Assembly (NCBI GenBank): GCA_964432675.1
Contig: CAYSOG010000005.1
Coordinates: forward strand, 910 to 64,909
Direction: 5' to 3'
Length of the DNA stretch: 64,000 nucleotides
Source: an uncultured Gammaproteobacteria bacterium
GTDB taxonomy: Bacteria > Patescibacteriota > Microgenomatia > CAYSOG01
Shown here: piece by piece, positions 9,335 to 19,341 of the stretch
Layout of the letters: the number at the start of each line of letters is the position of its first letter
Position numbering within the stretch: position 1 is the stretch's first letter
Position numbers and translations under genes: made by a program
The notes under the pieces: model-generated
What the model saw: only the letters and a program-made list of their open reading frames with translations
What the model was told of the DNA's origin: nothing
Database searches by the model: none

Positions 9335-11805
9335 CATTAGAAAAAAGCGATATTTTCCTTCTCCTTATTATCACGATTGCCTTAACTGAAATAACACAAA
9401 TATTTCATATCAACTTTTGGCATATCGGCACCATATTAACTGTTATTACAACCCTCATCATACCTGGTATTTTGTTGCTTTTAACGTTACGTGTCGGGCG
9501 TTTACCGTTTTGGCTATCGCTTGTTATGGCGGTCGGGCTCAGCCTTGCCCAGGTCGAATTCGTCGGACTATTGCAAAACCAATTACTGCCAACATACGAA
9601 GTTTTTAAGCCGCTTTCCCATGATCCAACACTTATATGGTTTGCAGTTTATCTATTAATACTTTATATCGTGGCGATGTATAAATCAGACAAAAAAGTGC
9701 AGTTTACAATACCATCAATTAGTATTTCCTTTAAGAATACGCTCTTGTATACACTGCCGCTTTGTTTAATTGCCTTTGCTATTTTTGGAACCATCAGCGT
9801 TAATAATGGCGGATCTAATATATTACTCTTGATACAACTTCTGACTATTAGTGGAATTGTGATACTGCTAACATGGGGTCGAAATAGATTTCCTTCTTCC
9901 ATTTTTCCGTTTACCATCTATTGCATTGCACTCTCATTGCTTTTTACGACCTCACTACGTAGCTGGTATGTTTCCGGACACGACATCATGCAAGAATACT
10001 ATGTTTTCCATTTAACGAAACAGCATGGTATTTGGGATATCGGTTTGTATCGTGACGCCTATAATGCCTGCTTAAGTATTACTATCTTACCGACAATCTT
10101 TTCTAATCTCTTCATGATAAATGACATGTACATATATAAAGTGGTATTTCAAATGCTATTTGGATTTTGCCCGGTACTTGTTTATTATTTATTGAAAAAG
10201 TATACAGCAGATATTTTTGGCTTCCTCGCAGCATTTTATTTTATGTCTTTCCCAACATTCTTTAACGACATGCCAATGCTTAACAGGCAAGAAATAGGCT
10301 TACTCTTTTTTGGCCTGTTGCTGATTATCGTTTTTGATACCATTCTACCAACGGCAGTTCGAAGGATATTGTTCGTGGTGTTTGGGCTTAGTATTATTGT
10401 GTCTCACTACTCGACAAATTATATTGTTCTGGCACTTTTTATTATTGCATACATCAGCCAAAAGCTTATTAGCGGCCCAGCCCTATTGCCTATTCTTAAC
10501 AAAAGCTTAGCAAGGTATACACGCTTTTGGCAAACGGAAAGTACCGACAATATAATTACTAAAGAACCAGAACGAAACTACCAAACTATTCAATCGCCAA
10601 GGTCAAAGCCTTCAACGAAATACGTTCTTGCTAATCCTCAACATAAGACTAATAGATTAATAGATAAAATTGCTAATTTATTTATTCAGCCAAAAAACAT
10701 TTTTTCAAATCAAATTAAGCTACCAGGAGACCTTATACTTATCTTACTAATTGGCACTATCTTCTGGAATGCTGTTTTTACAAGAACAGCGAATAACTTC
10801 GGTGATGTTGCCTCAAAAGTCTACCGGAATATCTTCATCCACTCACAATCGGAAGGAAAGTCAGTTGATGTGAGTTATAGTATTTTCTTTCATCATACAA
10901 TAGATCCGCAGACCCTTATTAAACAATATATTACGACTGCTACAAACCTAGAGCAAACCCATCATGAAGGGCCACTTTATACACCTACTGTCTATACCCA
11001 GTATCCCGTACAACTAATAAATCAAGCCATTTTACCTTCTACCTTCTTAGGCAATGCATTACTAGCTAGCCATGTGCCACTTTTTGATTTACACAGTAAA
11101 AGTAGAGCATTAGCCGCTGGGATAATACAACTTTTAGTCTTTATTGGTCTTCTGGGGTTTGTCATAACGAAGATAAGAAAGCCGATTGACACATTGTATA
11201 TCTATGTGTGCTTAAGCTGTCTGATATTGTTATGTCTTGAAGTAATCCTGCCAGATATTTCAGCAGAATATGGCTTGTTGCGTTTATTTCAACAGTCGCT
11301 CTTTTTACTGTCATTACCAATTGTACTTGCAACGTACATCCTCTTTTTCTTTATTGGCCAACCAAAACGGATATACTTTATGGCTTGCATTGCGATTGGT
11401 TTCTTCCTCAATTTAACCGGGTTCTTCGCGCATCTTACCGGTTCGTATTATCCAACAATGACCCTTGATAATGCAGGCATTTATTATGATGCCTATTATG
11501 TTAATAAAACGAGTATTGTATCGGCACAGTGGCTGAAGCAAAATAGGCAGGCTAATACTACTGTGCAAACTGATATTTCCGGTTCGCTGAAGCTATTAGC
11601 ATACGGGGACATCTTTGCGCTTGATGCCATACTGCCTCCTGTTATCGAAAAAGATTCGTACGTCTATCTACCCAATGCCAAAAGCCAACAATACGTCTTT
11701 ATCTCAGTTAATAGTGATACATTGATCGTCAACTCACCTGAAAAGTTTCTAGAGGAGAATAAAAACTTAATTTACAACAACGGTTGGTCAAAAATTTATA
11801 AGTAA
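9331..11805 (+). CDS. DUF2206-like multi-pass membrane protein (probable GT-C-fold glycan transferase/polymerase)
   Basis: Many TM segments; GHDIMQEYY, YNACLSITILP, RQEIGLLF, SHYST and terminal NLIYNNG..KIY motifs. Confidence 0.7.
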   Translation: MTLEKSDIFLLLIITIALTEITQIFHINFWHIGTILTVITTLIIPGILLLLTLRVGRLPFWLSLVMAVGLSLAQVEFVGLLQNQLLPTYEVFKPLSHDPTLIWFAVYLLILYIVAMYKSDKKVQFTIPSISISFKNTLLYTLPLCLIAFAIFGTISVNNGGSNILLLIQLLTISGIVILLTWGRNRFPSSIFPFTIYCIALSLLFTTSLRSWYVSGHDIMQEYYVFHLTKQHGIWDIGLYRDAYNACLSITILPTIFSNLFMINDMYIYKVVFQMLFGFCPVLVYYLLKKYTADIFGFLAAFYFMSFPTFFNDMPMLNRQEIGLLFFGLLLIIVFDTILPTAVRRILFVVFGLSIIVSHYSTNYIVLALFIIAYISQKLISGPALLPILNKSLARYTRFWQTESTDNIITKEPERNYQTIQSPRSKPSTKYVLANPQHKTNRLIDKIANLFIQPKNIFSNQIKLPGDLILILLIGTIFWNAVFTRTANNFGDVASKVYRNIFIHSQSEGKSVDVSYSIFFHHTIDPQTLIKQYITTATNLEQTHHEGPLYTPTVYTQYPVQLINQAILPSTFLGNALLASHVPLFDLHSKSRALAAGIIQLLVFIGLLGFVITKIRKPIDTLYIYVCLSCLILLCLEVILPDISAEYGLLRLFQQSLFLLSLPIVLATYILFFFIGQPKRIYFMACIAIGFFLNLTGFFAHLTGSYYPTMTLDNAGIYYDAYYVNKTSIVSAQWLKQNRQANTTVQTDISGSLKLLAYGDIFALDAILPPVIEKDSYVYLPNAKSQQYVFISVNSDTLIVNSPEKFLEENKNLIYNNGWSKIYK

Positions 11806-11807
11806 TT

Positions 11808-13124
11808 ATGCAAGTCCTCATAACCCATGCTTATACAAGAAGCAATAAAGGTGATGCAGCAATTTTAAGTGTATTATTGCGGCAAGTGGTAAAGGCGTTT
11901 CCTAAGGCAACAGTTAAGATTTCTACGTTCGATGACCCAAAGAAAAACAAGACATTTGAGCATAGCCAAACTATTTCCTCATTCCTTTACCTCATCGTAT
12001 TTCAATATAAAAATAAAGCCATCAAAGCTTGCTATGCCAGCTACATTATTTTTGTAACAGTACTTTGGGCGTTAGTTTATCGGTATTTTAGCTGGGAATT
12101 GAATACAATTCTTTCAACGCCAATCCGTAAAATAATACAAGAATTTAAAAATAGTGATCTTATTATCCCAATTGGTGGTGGGTATATCCGTTCAAAACCT
12201 GGTATCGCTGATACGGTAAACTTGCTGCTTGTTTTGCATCCTATCGAAATAAGCCTACTCTTAGCAAAACCGGTTATATTATACTCACAATCTATTGGCC
12301 CCTTTTATAATGGCCTACAAACGTTTATGGCCCGTTTGGTACTTAATCGAACGAGACTTATTATGGTTCGTGAAGATCATTCGTTAAAAACTCTTCGAGC
12401 AATTGGAATAAATCAGCATATTGTTACCAGAACGGTTGATGCTGCGTTCCTCTTTCCTGGTGTGCACCATAGCAAATCAATATTCCAACCATACCGCAAA
12501 AAACTAGCCAGTAAAACGATCGTTGGCATTACCGTACGGCAGTGGCTTGGTTCACAAGAGCAGCATAAATATGAACAAGCATTTGCTGAGTTTATTAATA
12601 TGATGGCGAGTAGTAATATGTATATATTCATTCTCATCCCTCAAGTATCTTCAAAACTCCACCATGATGACGACCGTCAAGTTGCTCAAAGAATTATGCA
12701 TGCTATTAAAAACAAACAGTACGTCATTAACCTTAGTGGTAACTATTCGCATCACCAAGTAAAAGCAATGTACCAAAATCTCGATTTTATCATTGGCACA
12801 AGGTTCCATTCAGTTATTTTTGCGCTTACTTCTTACGTACCGGCACTTGCTATTGAATATGAGTATAAAACAAGTGGCATTATGAAGGACTTGCACTTAA
12901 ACCAATGGGTAATGCCGATAGAAGCAGTGACGGCAAAACGGTTGTACAGTAAATTCATGAATCTAGTACAGGCAAAAACAAGTTATAAAAAAACACTCCA
13001 TAACTATTTACCGTCATATATACAGCAAGCGCAAGACAATGTAGAATATCTCAGAAAAGCATACCGGTCATTTGTAACGGAAAAGTCTGAACGTCATCAG
13101 ATACTGCAAAGCTATGAGAATTAG
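11808..13124 (+). CDS. Polysaccharide pyruvyl transferase (WcaK/AmsJ-like)
   Basis: NKGDAAI, GGGY, QSIGPF, VREDHS, DAAF, GTRFHSVIFAL, YEYKT. Confidence 0.88.
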   Translation: MQVLITHAYTRSNKGDAAILSVLLRQVVKAFPKATVKISTFDDPKKNKTFEHSQTISSFLYLIVFQYKNKAIKACYASYIIFVTVLWALVYRYFSWELNTILSTPIRKIIQEFKNSDLIIPIGGGYIRSKPGIADTVNLLLVLHPIEISLLLAKPVILYSQSIGPFYNGLQTFMARLVLNRTRLIMVREDHSLKTLRAIGINQHIVTRTVDAAFLFPGVHHSKSIFQPYRKKLASKTIVGITVRQWLGSQEQHKYEQAFAEFINMMASSNMYIFILIPQVSSKLHHDDDRQVAQRIMHAIKNKQYVINLSGNYSHHQVKAMYQNLDFIIGTRFHSVIFALTSYVPALAIEYEYKTSGIMKDLHLNQWVMPIEAVTAKRLYSKFMNLVQAKTSYKKTLHNYLPSYIQQAQDNVEYLRKAYRSFVTEKSERHQILQSYEN

Positions 13125-14319
13125 AAATGTTCGTGTCGAAACGCAAGGCAACAAAATTTCCTTATTGGCCACCTGCACTATTCGTCATTTTGGCGACGAT
13201 GAAGTGTATATAACGTTTCCTAAAAAATACAAAACATTTATTAGGGCTGATGCCAGCCCATTTGCTGCAATGCTGCTTATCCCTTCGATGAAAAAAGGTG
13301 AAGACCTTATCATTGAAGGCACAATCTCCGAAAAACTGTATCACAATATGCAGCATATCATGAAAGTCATGCTTGGTTGGAAGGAATTAGGGCTAAAGCC
13401 CATCCGTATTATTGTCGACGGTACAACGCAAGATGCACAACAGGCAAATATTGAAGCTTCATTCTTTTCGGGTGGCGTGGATTCCTTTTATACCTTTTTT
13501 AAAAATAAGACAAGCAAGAAACAAAAATTGACACATATAATTCTTGTCCATGGCTTCGATATTGAGCTACGCAATCAAGAATTATGGCAAAAAACACGCA
13601 AACACGCAAAAACTCTCGCCCATGAGGAAAATATTTCCATTATTGATGTTTCATGCAATATATATCGTCTTATTACACCTTTTATATTATGGGAACATGC
13701 GTTCGGCGGCTGTATGGCGGCCATTGCTTTAGCATTACGGCAAAAGTTGCAAAAAATTTACCTTGCATCATCGTATCGATATGACCAACAATTTCCAGGA
13801 GGATCACATAGTGCAATTGACAAATATTGGAGCACCGAAAAACTTACATTTGTCCATCACGGTGGCGACGTAACGAGATTTGAAAAAGTCAAATATATAG
13901 CTAATTTCTCCCATGCATTAAAACATTTGCGTATTTGTAATGATACCCGCGATGGCACGTATAATTGTGGGGTGTGTGATAAGTGCGTTCGAACGATGAT
14001 CAGCCTTGCAATCGTTGGGAAACTGAACAATGCATCTACACTACCGAAAAAGTTAGACCTTGCTCTTGTTAAAAACCTCGCTATCCAACACGAATTTTCA
14101 GCAATATTCCAAAGAGAAAATTTGGCAGCATTACAACAAAACCATCCAAACCCCAAACTCGAAGAGGCAATCGAACAAAGCCTGAAAAAACTTTCAAATA
14201 ACCACCATAATGCCCTGCCTGACACCGTATTGAGTAAGTTAATTTATGCTGACAATGAATACAACCGGGGTCGGATATATGAACTTATTTCGTATCTTAG
14301 ATATAAGCTTTTTCTTTAA
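13114..14319 (+). CDS. PP-loop adenine-nucleotide alpha-hydrolase superfamily protein with QueC-like Cys cluster
   Basis: FFSGGVDS (SGGxDS) motif; C-x9-C-x2-C-x2-C (RICNDTRDGTYNCGVCDKCVRT). Confidence 0.65.
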   Translation: MRIRNVRVETQGNKISLLATCTIRHFGDDEVYITFPKKYKTFIRADASPFAAMLLIPSMKKGEDLIIEGTISEKLYHNMQHIMKVMLGWKELGLKPIRIIVDGTTQDAQQANIEASFFSGGVDSFYTFFKNKTSKKQKLTHIILVHGFDIELRNQELWQKTRKHAKTLAHEENISIIDVSCNIYRLITPFILWEHAFGGCMAAIALALRQKLQKIYLASSYRYDQQFPGGSHSAIDKYWSTEKLTFVHHGGDVTRFEKVKYIANFSHALKHLRICNDTRDGTYNCGVCDKCVRTMISLAIVGKLNNASTLPKKLDLALVKNLAIQHEFSAIFQRENLAALQQNHPNPKLEEAIEQSLKKLSNNHHNALPDTVLSKLIYADNEYNRGRIYELISYLRYKLFL

Positions 14320-15610
14320 AATACGAAAAGTATTTCCGCGCTAACTGATTAAAGCCAATTTCTTTTATAAGGAACAGGAAAAACAGAGCGGCCGTAAGCA
14401 ATTGTGCAAATAACCATCCAATACCAATGCCGGTAAGCCCTCGAGAAATAAATATGACGCTAGACCCAAGAAGTAATGAGCAACCAATAACATTACAAAT
14501 TAACAATAAACCAATTTTATGTCTAATTCGAAAAACAGCACTTGTCACTAATGCAATTGAGGCGAAAAATGATGAAACACCAAATAGCCGCAACAGCTCG
14601 AACGCTTCGGTTTCATAATTTTGGCCAAAGAAATGCAAAACAATATTGCCAAAAAAGTAAATAACAAAAACAGCAGGAATAAGTAATCCAAAAATAAGAC
14701 CAATTGATTTGGTCAGATGCGTTTGTAGCTCGCGGTTATCATACGAACCTTCGGCAAGAAGCGACTGTGTTACAGCAACAGGAATTATAAGGAGCAAATT
14801 CAATATCATGGCATCAATGTAATAATATGCCGCGGCTTTAGCATTAAGAAAATTCACTATCAAAAGCGGTAAAATTAATATTGGCAACTGATATAAAAAT
14901 CCAGCCACATAGTTTGCAATTGAGAATCGAGCCATCTGTGAAACAGCTGTCTTATTAAATGTAATCCGGAAAGAGTATTTGAATTTTATTGCTAATATAA
15001 CAATAGCGAAAAAGGAGCCGAATACTGTTGCCACAGCAACAGAAGTAAAAATACCGAATGCGCCAAATATAATCAAGAAAAAAGGCAAAACCAGTTTAAT
15101 AATACTGAGTGTTGTGTTTTTAAAAAGAACATTTTCCGCTGCTCGATATGCCATAAAAATGCCATCAATTATAAGGCTCCAGGTATAGGCAATGATGAAA
15201 ATAACAAACAAAATGCTATAGAAATAGTTGGTTTTGAGAAAAAGTAAGTGCGGTGAGAATGTCCGAATTCCCTGTATAAAAATAATGCAAGCAATACATG
15301 CTACTATACCTGTAACAACGAACGTTGAATTAATCATTTCATTACGTATGTGTGAGTTTGGGAGATAGCGAATAAGACTGATGTTTAGGCTTAATGTGCT
15401 AAAACCGCCGATTAAGCTCATAACCGAAATGAGAGTCGTTGCGATGCCAATGTCTTCTGGCTTTGCGATACGAGCCACTAGCATCCAAAACAGAAAACCA
15501 AATGCAGCTAAGACAAATGTACTCGACATAATATATATCGAATTTCGGAAAAGTAAATCTGATTTGAAATGATGGATGATAGTTTGTACTACTCGGTTTT
15601 GCATATTCAT
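14297..15610 (-). CDS. Wzx-like oligosaccharide flippase (MOP superfamily)
   Basis: LFRNSIYIM..FGFLFWMLVAR, SLIRYLP, FFGQNY; about 12 TM segments; ATG at 15610 or 15604 preferred to the TTG at 15670. Confidence 0.85.
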   Translation of the reverse strand: MNMQNRVVQTIIHHFKSDLLFRNSIYIMSSTFVLAAFGFLFWMLVARIAKPEDIGIATTLISVMSLIGGFSTLSLNISLIRYLPNSHIRNEMINSTFVVTGIVACIACIIFIQGIRTFSPHLLFLKTNYFYSILFVIFIIAYTWSLIIDGIFMAYRAAENVLFKNTTLSIIKLVLPFFLIIFGAFGIFTSVAVATVFGSFFAIVILAIKFKYSFRITFNKTAVSQMARFSIANYVAGFLYQLPILILPLLIVNFLNAKAAAYYYIDAMILNLLLIIPVAVTQSLLAEGSYDNRELQTHLTKSIGLIFGLLIPAVFVIYFFGNIVLHFFGQNYETEAFELLRLFGVSSFFASIALVTSAVFRIRHKIGLLLICNVIGCSLLLGSSVIFISRGLTGIGIGWLFAQLLTAALFFLFLIKEIGFNQLARKYFSYFKEKAYI

Positions 15611-15754
15611 CGGCAGCAAGCTAGTGCGAGTATACACTATTAGCCTCTTTGGTGCATTAAGTAAAGCCAAAATGGTGGAAACAGATGGTATACTACGAAT
15701 TGTTTTGTGCCAAAAGTCTATCGAAAAAGAAAAGTACTAAAATTTAAGGTATAA

Positions 15755-17221
15755 ATGAAAAAACGATTGCAAAATCTTAATCCTAAGGTGATCGCGACAA
15801 TTGTCACATTTTGTATAGCTGCAGGAATTATTGCAATATTTTTCCAACAAAAAATACGCGATTATTCATATGTCTACCTCTTACCCTCGCAAAGACAAGT
15901 AAACGAAGCTGGCCAAATATCACCAAATACCATGGGTACTTCTTACCTTATTTACGGTGTCAATGTTGACATAAGCCAATTGGTACCCAACTCGCCAAGA
16001 TATGTTGTTAACGCAAGTGGACAAGATCTTATCGATGTTGCCCATAATCTTGGTGTTAATACGCTACGTATTACCAACGCTGCGATAGCATTCCCTGATC
16101 GGCCTGGCAATTTCACCCAAGCTGAATGGCATGCAGTACTCGATAAGATGACTAGGTATAACATGAAGGCTATAGTACTATTAGAAACACCAAACCTTGA
16201 CCCAAATGATTTTTCCCAAAACTATCTGGCTTTAGCGCAGAGTTATATAGATTTAGACATTCTAAGCGACCCAATAGTATGGGCAGTTGATATCCGCAAT
16301 GAGCCACTTATAAATTCCGATAATATCAATGTCATGAAAAAAGTAGCAGTTCTCATAAAAAACCGTTACCCCAATATCCAAATAACGATTGGCGGCTGGA
16401 AAATATATAATCCAAATGGGCCACAGGACAATGATCCATTTAGTTGGAATGACCCAAAAGCTGGCAAACAACTCTATGATATCGTTGATTTTTATTCAAC
16501 GCATATCTATGGTTACGACCAGAAGTTTCTAGGGATATTTCCAAATCCATATAACTTAACGCTTTACCAACTTTCACTTGTAAAACAATCCGCAGGTAAT
16601 AAGCCAATATTAATTGAAGAATTTGGTGCGGGCAACGGTGATGCCATTACTGACCAAGGAACCTTAGGAAGTAAGGAGTTGCAAGCAAATGTTTATGCAA
16701 ATGTTTATCAAGTAATAGAGGATAATAAATTTGCCGATAACCTGCTTGGCAGCGTAGCGTATGTACTCTATCCGCGCGATAGGAATACAAATGGCTGGAA
16801 TATTGTTGCAAATAGCGGTGATACATTATACCCAGCCGCCCAAGTACTTAAACAGTTCACGGGTAAATCCGATTCACCAATAAAAATCTTAAGTTACTCA
16901 ACACCACAAACGTATATTCTCACAAACAATGATTTTGGGAAGCACCTTACTGTTAAAAAAAATGACATCTTAGGCTTCGCGATTGATCTAGACGATGCTT
17001 ATACTTACACCTTAATAAGCACAAATCCGTCAGTAATCACCACCAATCAACCTCTCATTATCGATTCAGTTAGTCATAAATATCAGGCCCTGCTGCATGT
17101 TGGAAATGGCGGTACGGCAACCCTTACCATCATGCAAGCGAAACAGTGCCTGCAAAATATAGTCTGCAATCAAATTCCAACACCGAAAGACACATTTACT
17201 ATTACTGTGCAAGGTGACTAA
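15755..17221 (+). CDS. Membrane-anchored clan GH-A glycoside hydrolase (GH5-like) with C-terminal beta domain
   Basis: N-terminal TM; LGVNTLRI, acid/base RNEP, STHIY, nucleophile PILIEEFG. Confidence 0.78.
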   Translation: MKKRLQNLNPKVIATIVTFCIAAGIIAIFFQQKIRDYSYVYLLPSQRQVNEAGQISPNTMGTSYLIYGVNVDISQLVPNSPRYVVNASGQDLIDVAHNLGVNTLRITNAAIAFPDRPGNFTQAEWHAVLDKMTRYNMKAIVLLETPNLDPNDFSQNYLALAQSYIDLDILSDPIVWAVDIRNEPLINSDNINVMKKVAVLIKNRYPNIQITIGGWKIYNPNGPQDNDPFSWNDPKAGKQLYDIVDFYSTHIYGYDQKFLGIFPNPYNLTLYQLSLVKQSAGNKPILIEEFGAGNGDAITDQGTLGSKELQANVYANVYQVIEDNKFADNLLGSVAYVLYPRDRNTNGWNIVANSGDTLYPAAQVLKQFTGKSDSPIKILSYSTPQTYILTNNDFGKHLTVKKNDILGFAIDLDDAYTYTLISTNPSVITTNQPLIIDSVSHKYQALLHVGNGGTATLTIMQAKQCLQNIVCNQIPTPKDTFTITVQGD

Positions 17222-17892
17222 TCGTCGATTTCATCTTCTTCGAGCTTTGTATCATCATCGCTCACCATACCACCTGCAAATCCTACCCGGCGTTGTTCAT
17301 AACCACGCCCTGTTGCACTATCGAGCCGATCACTTTGATATGCTGGTTGCACCATCGTAATTGTTTGCATGTCTTGTACGCCATATTTTTCCATGACGTC
17401 AGAAACAAACGTTTCAACTCGATTGCCAACAGGTACAAGTAGTAAGATTGCCCCTTCCCGAATACGTTGTTCATAAACTCGTGCCTGCTGTTCTGGGACA
17501 CCGAGACTTACTAGCGCACCTATAATGCCACCAGCAAGGGCACCCGTTACAGTTCCAGATATTGTCGTCGCGGCAGCCCCAGTTAGCCCAAGCGCTGCAG
17601 CTATTGGCCCAGCAATAAGTATGCCACCAATACCAGGAAGAGCAATAGCACCAACGCCGATTAATAACCCTGCCAAGCCACCGATTAAACCACCAGTTAC
17701 TGCACCGCTTGTAACGGCATCAGTGGTAGAAGCTCCAGTGCGTTTAGCTACATCATGGCTGGCCCTTGTATCTCGCATAACTATTGAAACGTCTTTTGGG
17801 TTATAGCCATTGCGCTCTAAATCGTGGATAACCCGTTCTGCATCTTCTTGCGATGAAAACATACCTAATACAACTTTATTACTTGCTGCCAT
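17218..17892 (-). CDS. General-stress/low-temperature-induced glycine-zipper membrane protein
   Basis: VLGMF..AERVIHDL..GY..DVSIV, Gly-zipper TM hairpin, LGVPEQQARVYE; AGGAGG SD. Confidence 0.8.
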   Translation of the reverse strand: MAASNKVVLGMFSSQEDAERVIHDLERNGYNPKDVSIVMRDTRASHDVAKRTGASTTDAVTSGAVTGGLIGGLAGLLIGVGAIALPGIGGILIAGPIAAALGLTGAAATTISGTVTGALAGGIIGALVSLGVPEQQARVYEQRIREGAILLLVPVGNRVETFVSDVMEKYGVQDMQTITMVQPAYQSDRLDSATGRGYEQRRVGFAGGMVSDDDTKLEEDEIDD

Positions 17893-17984
17893 ACGAACCT
17901 CCTTTTCATTTGTTATGGTTGCAAGTATAGGCGAACTAGCCTTAATAGTCTGTTAAAGTGTTTTCGCTAGGTGTGATTAAAAAG

Positions 17985-19205
17985 CTAAAATATGCTTGGC
18001 CCTTTTGGTGTTCCTAATCCTGTTGGTCCATCATAACCATCATTGGCATGGCAAAGATAAGATCGTGCACAACTACCATTCGAACCTACTGTTATGTCGG
18101 TTAATGCTATGCCCCTTCCATAAAACAAAGCATTTACGAGCGTATGGGCTGGCATCTTATCACCCTGAGCGACAATACCGGCAACTAATGGCGCGGCTAA
18201 ACTGGTACCGCCTATGACAAGCCACCCCTTTTTACTACCAGCAACAGTCGAACTATAAATTGCCGCCCCAGTATGTGGGTCAGCGTCGGCCGCGATATCA
18301 GCAACTGATCTTTTGCTGCAACCTTCATCGTGTTGCCAAGCAGGCTTGCTTTCATAAGCGCTGCAGCCACTTCCTGTTCCAGCCCAAACTACCTCCGATT
18401 TATAACTGGTATTGCCAACAAGATGCAGTGTCGTACCACCAACAGCTGTAACATACTCTGATGCTGCCGGATACGACACACCATAACCATTATCTCCAGA
18501 ACTAAATGCTATAAACCTTCCTGGCAAATTAAAATGTTTATCATATGATCTTTCTGAAGTAGTTTCTTGGCCACCCCATGAATTTGAAATTATCTTCGCG
18601 CCTTTTTTCACCGCCGTATCAAAAGCGGCAAGCAAGCTTGTCATACTACTTGAACTTGCTTCTACCAACAGGATGTTGCAGTTCTCACAAAGGGCGTGCG
18701 CTACTTCGACATCGAGGGCTATTTCCATTGCCCAACCGCTATTTTTATTTGGTAAGTTGGTCCCACCTTTCTGATTTATTTTCTCAAGGCAAGGGTTATT
18801 AGGTGTCCCGGCACTAACTGGACAAGAGGCAAGTTTTGGCAGACCGAATGTATCACTATAGACATTAACATCTTGCAGAATAGTTGGATCATCGTAGGCA
18901 TCAACAATGGCAATGGTATTTTTTGATTGGCTAACACCATCAACGCTGTAAGCGCCACGAAATTGCGCAGGTCCATAGCCAGACGGAACATTAGTAACAT
19001 GGGGTAAACCATTTGGTTCTGTAAGGACCCGAGCATGACAGCGGACATGGCCTTTAGCCGATGAACCGCAAACTGCAGTATGCGATAAGCTTATATCGGA
19101 TATAGTTGCAGGATAACTAGTAAGGGCAAAAACAGAGGTTGGGAAAAATAAAGTAATACAAAGCAATGCAGCACAACATAAAAGTGTTTTCATAAAAGTC
19201 CTCAC
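17985..19205 (-). CDS. Secreted S53 serine peptidase, copy 2
   Basis: Signal peptide; EIALDVE, SSGDNG, GGTSLAAP, GYDGPTGLGTP; paralogue of 2084..3319. Confidence 0.9.
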   Translation of the reverse strand: MRTFMKTLLCCAALLCITLFFPTSVFALTSYPATISDISLSHTAVCGSSAKGHVRCHARVLTEPNGLPHVTNVPSGYGPAQFRGAYSVDGVSQSKNTIAIVDAYDDPTILQDVNVYSDTFGLPKLASCPVSAGTPNNPCLEKINQKGGTNLPNKNSGWAMEIALDVEVAHALCENCNILLVEASSSSMTSLLAAFDTAVKKGAKIISNSWGGQETTSERSYDKHFNLPGRFIAFSSGDNGYGVSYPAASEYVTAVGGTTLHLVGNTSYKSEVVWAGTGSGCSAYESKPAWQHDEGCSKRSVADIAADADPHTGAAIYSSTVAGSKKGWLVIGGTSLAAPLVAGIVAQGDKMPAHTLVNALFYGRGIALTDITVGSNGSCARSYLCHANDGYDGPTGLGTPKGPSIF

Positions 19206-19341
19206 TTTACTTGAGGGCAGGCACTTATATTTTTACTGCAGTTTCGTATATTCTACGGGTATTTTAAATTTATTGTCAAGAGGAAAATTAAACCAAAATT
19301 AACTATCGACAATCTCTTGCCAAAGTACAATACTTACTATA

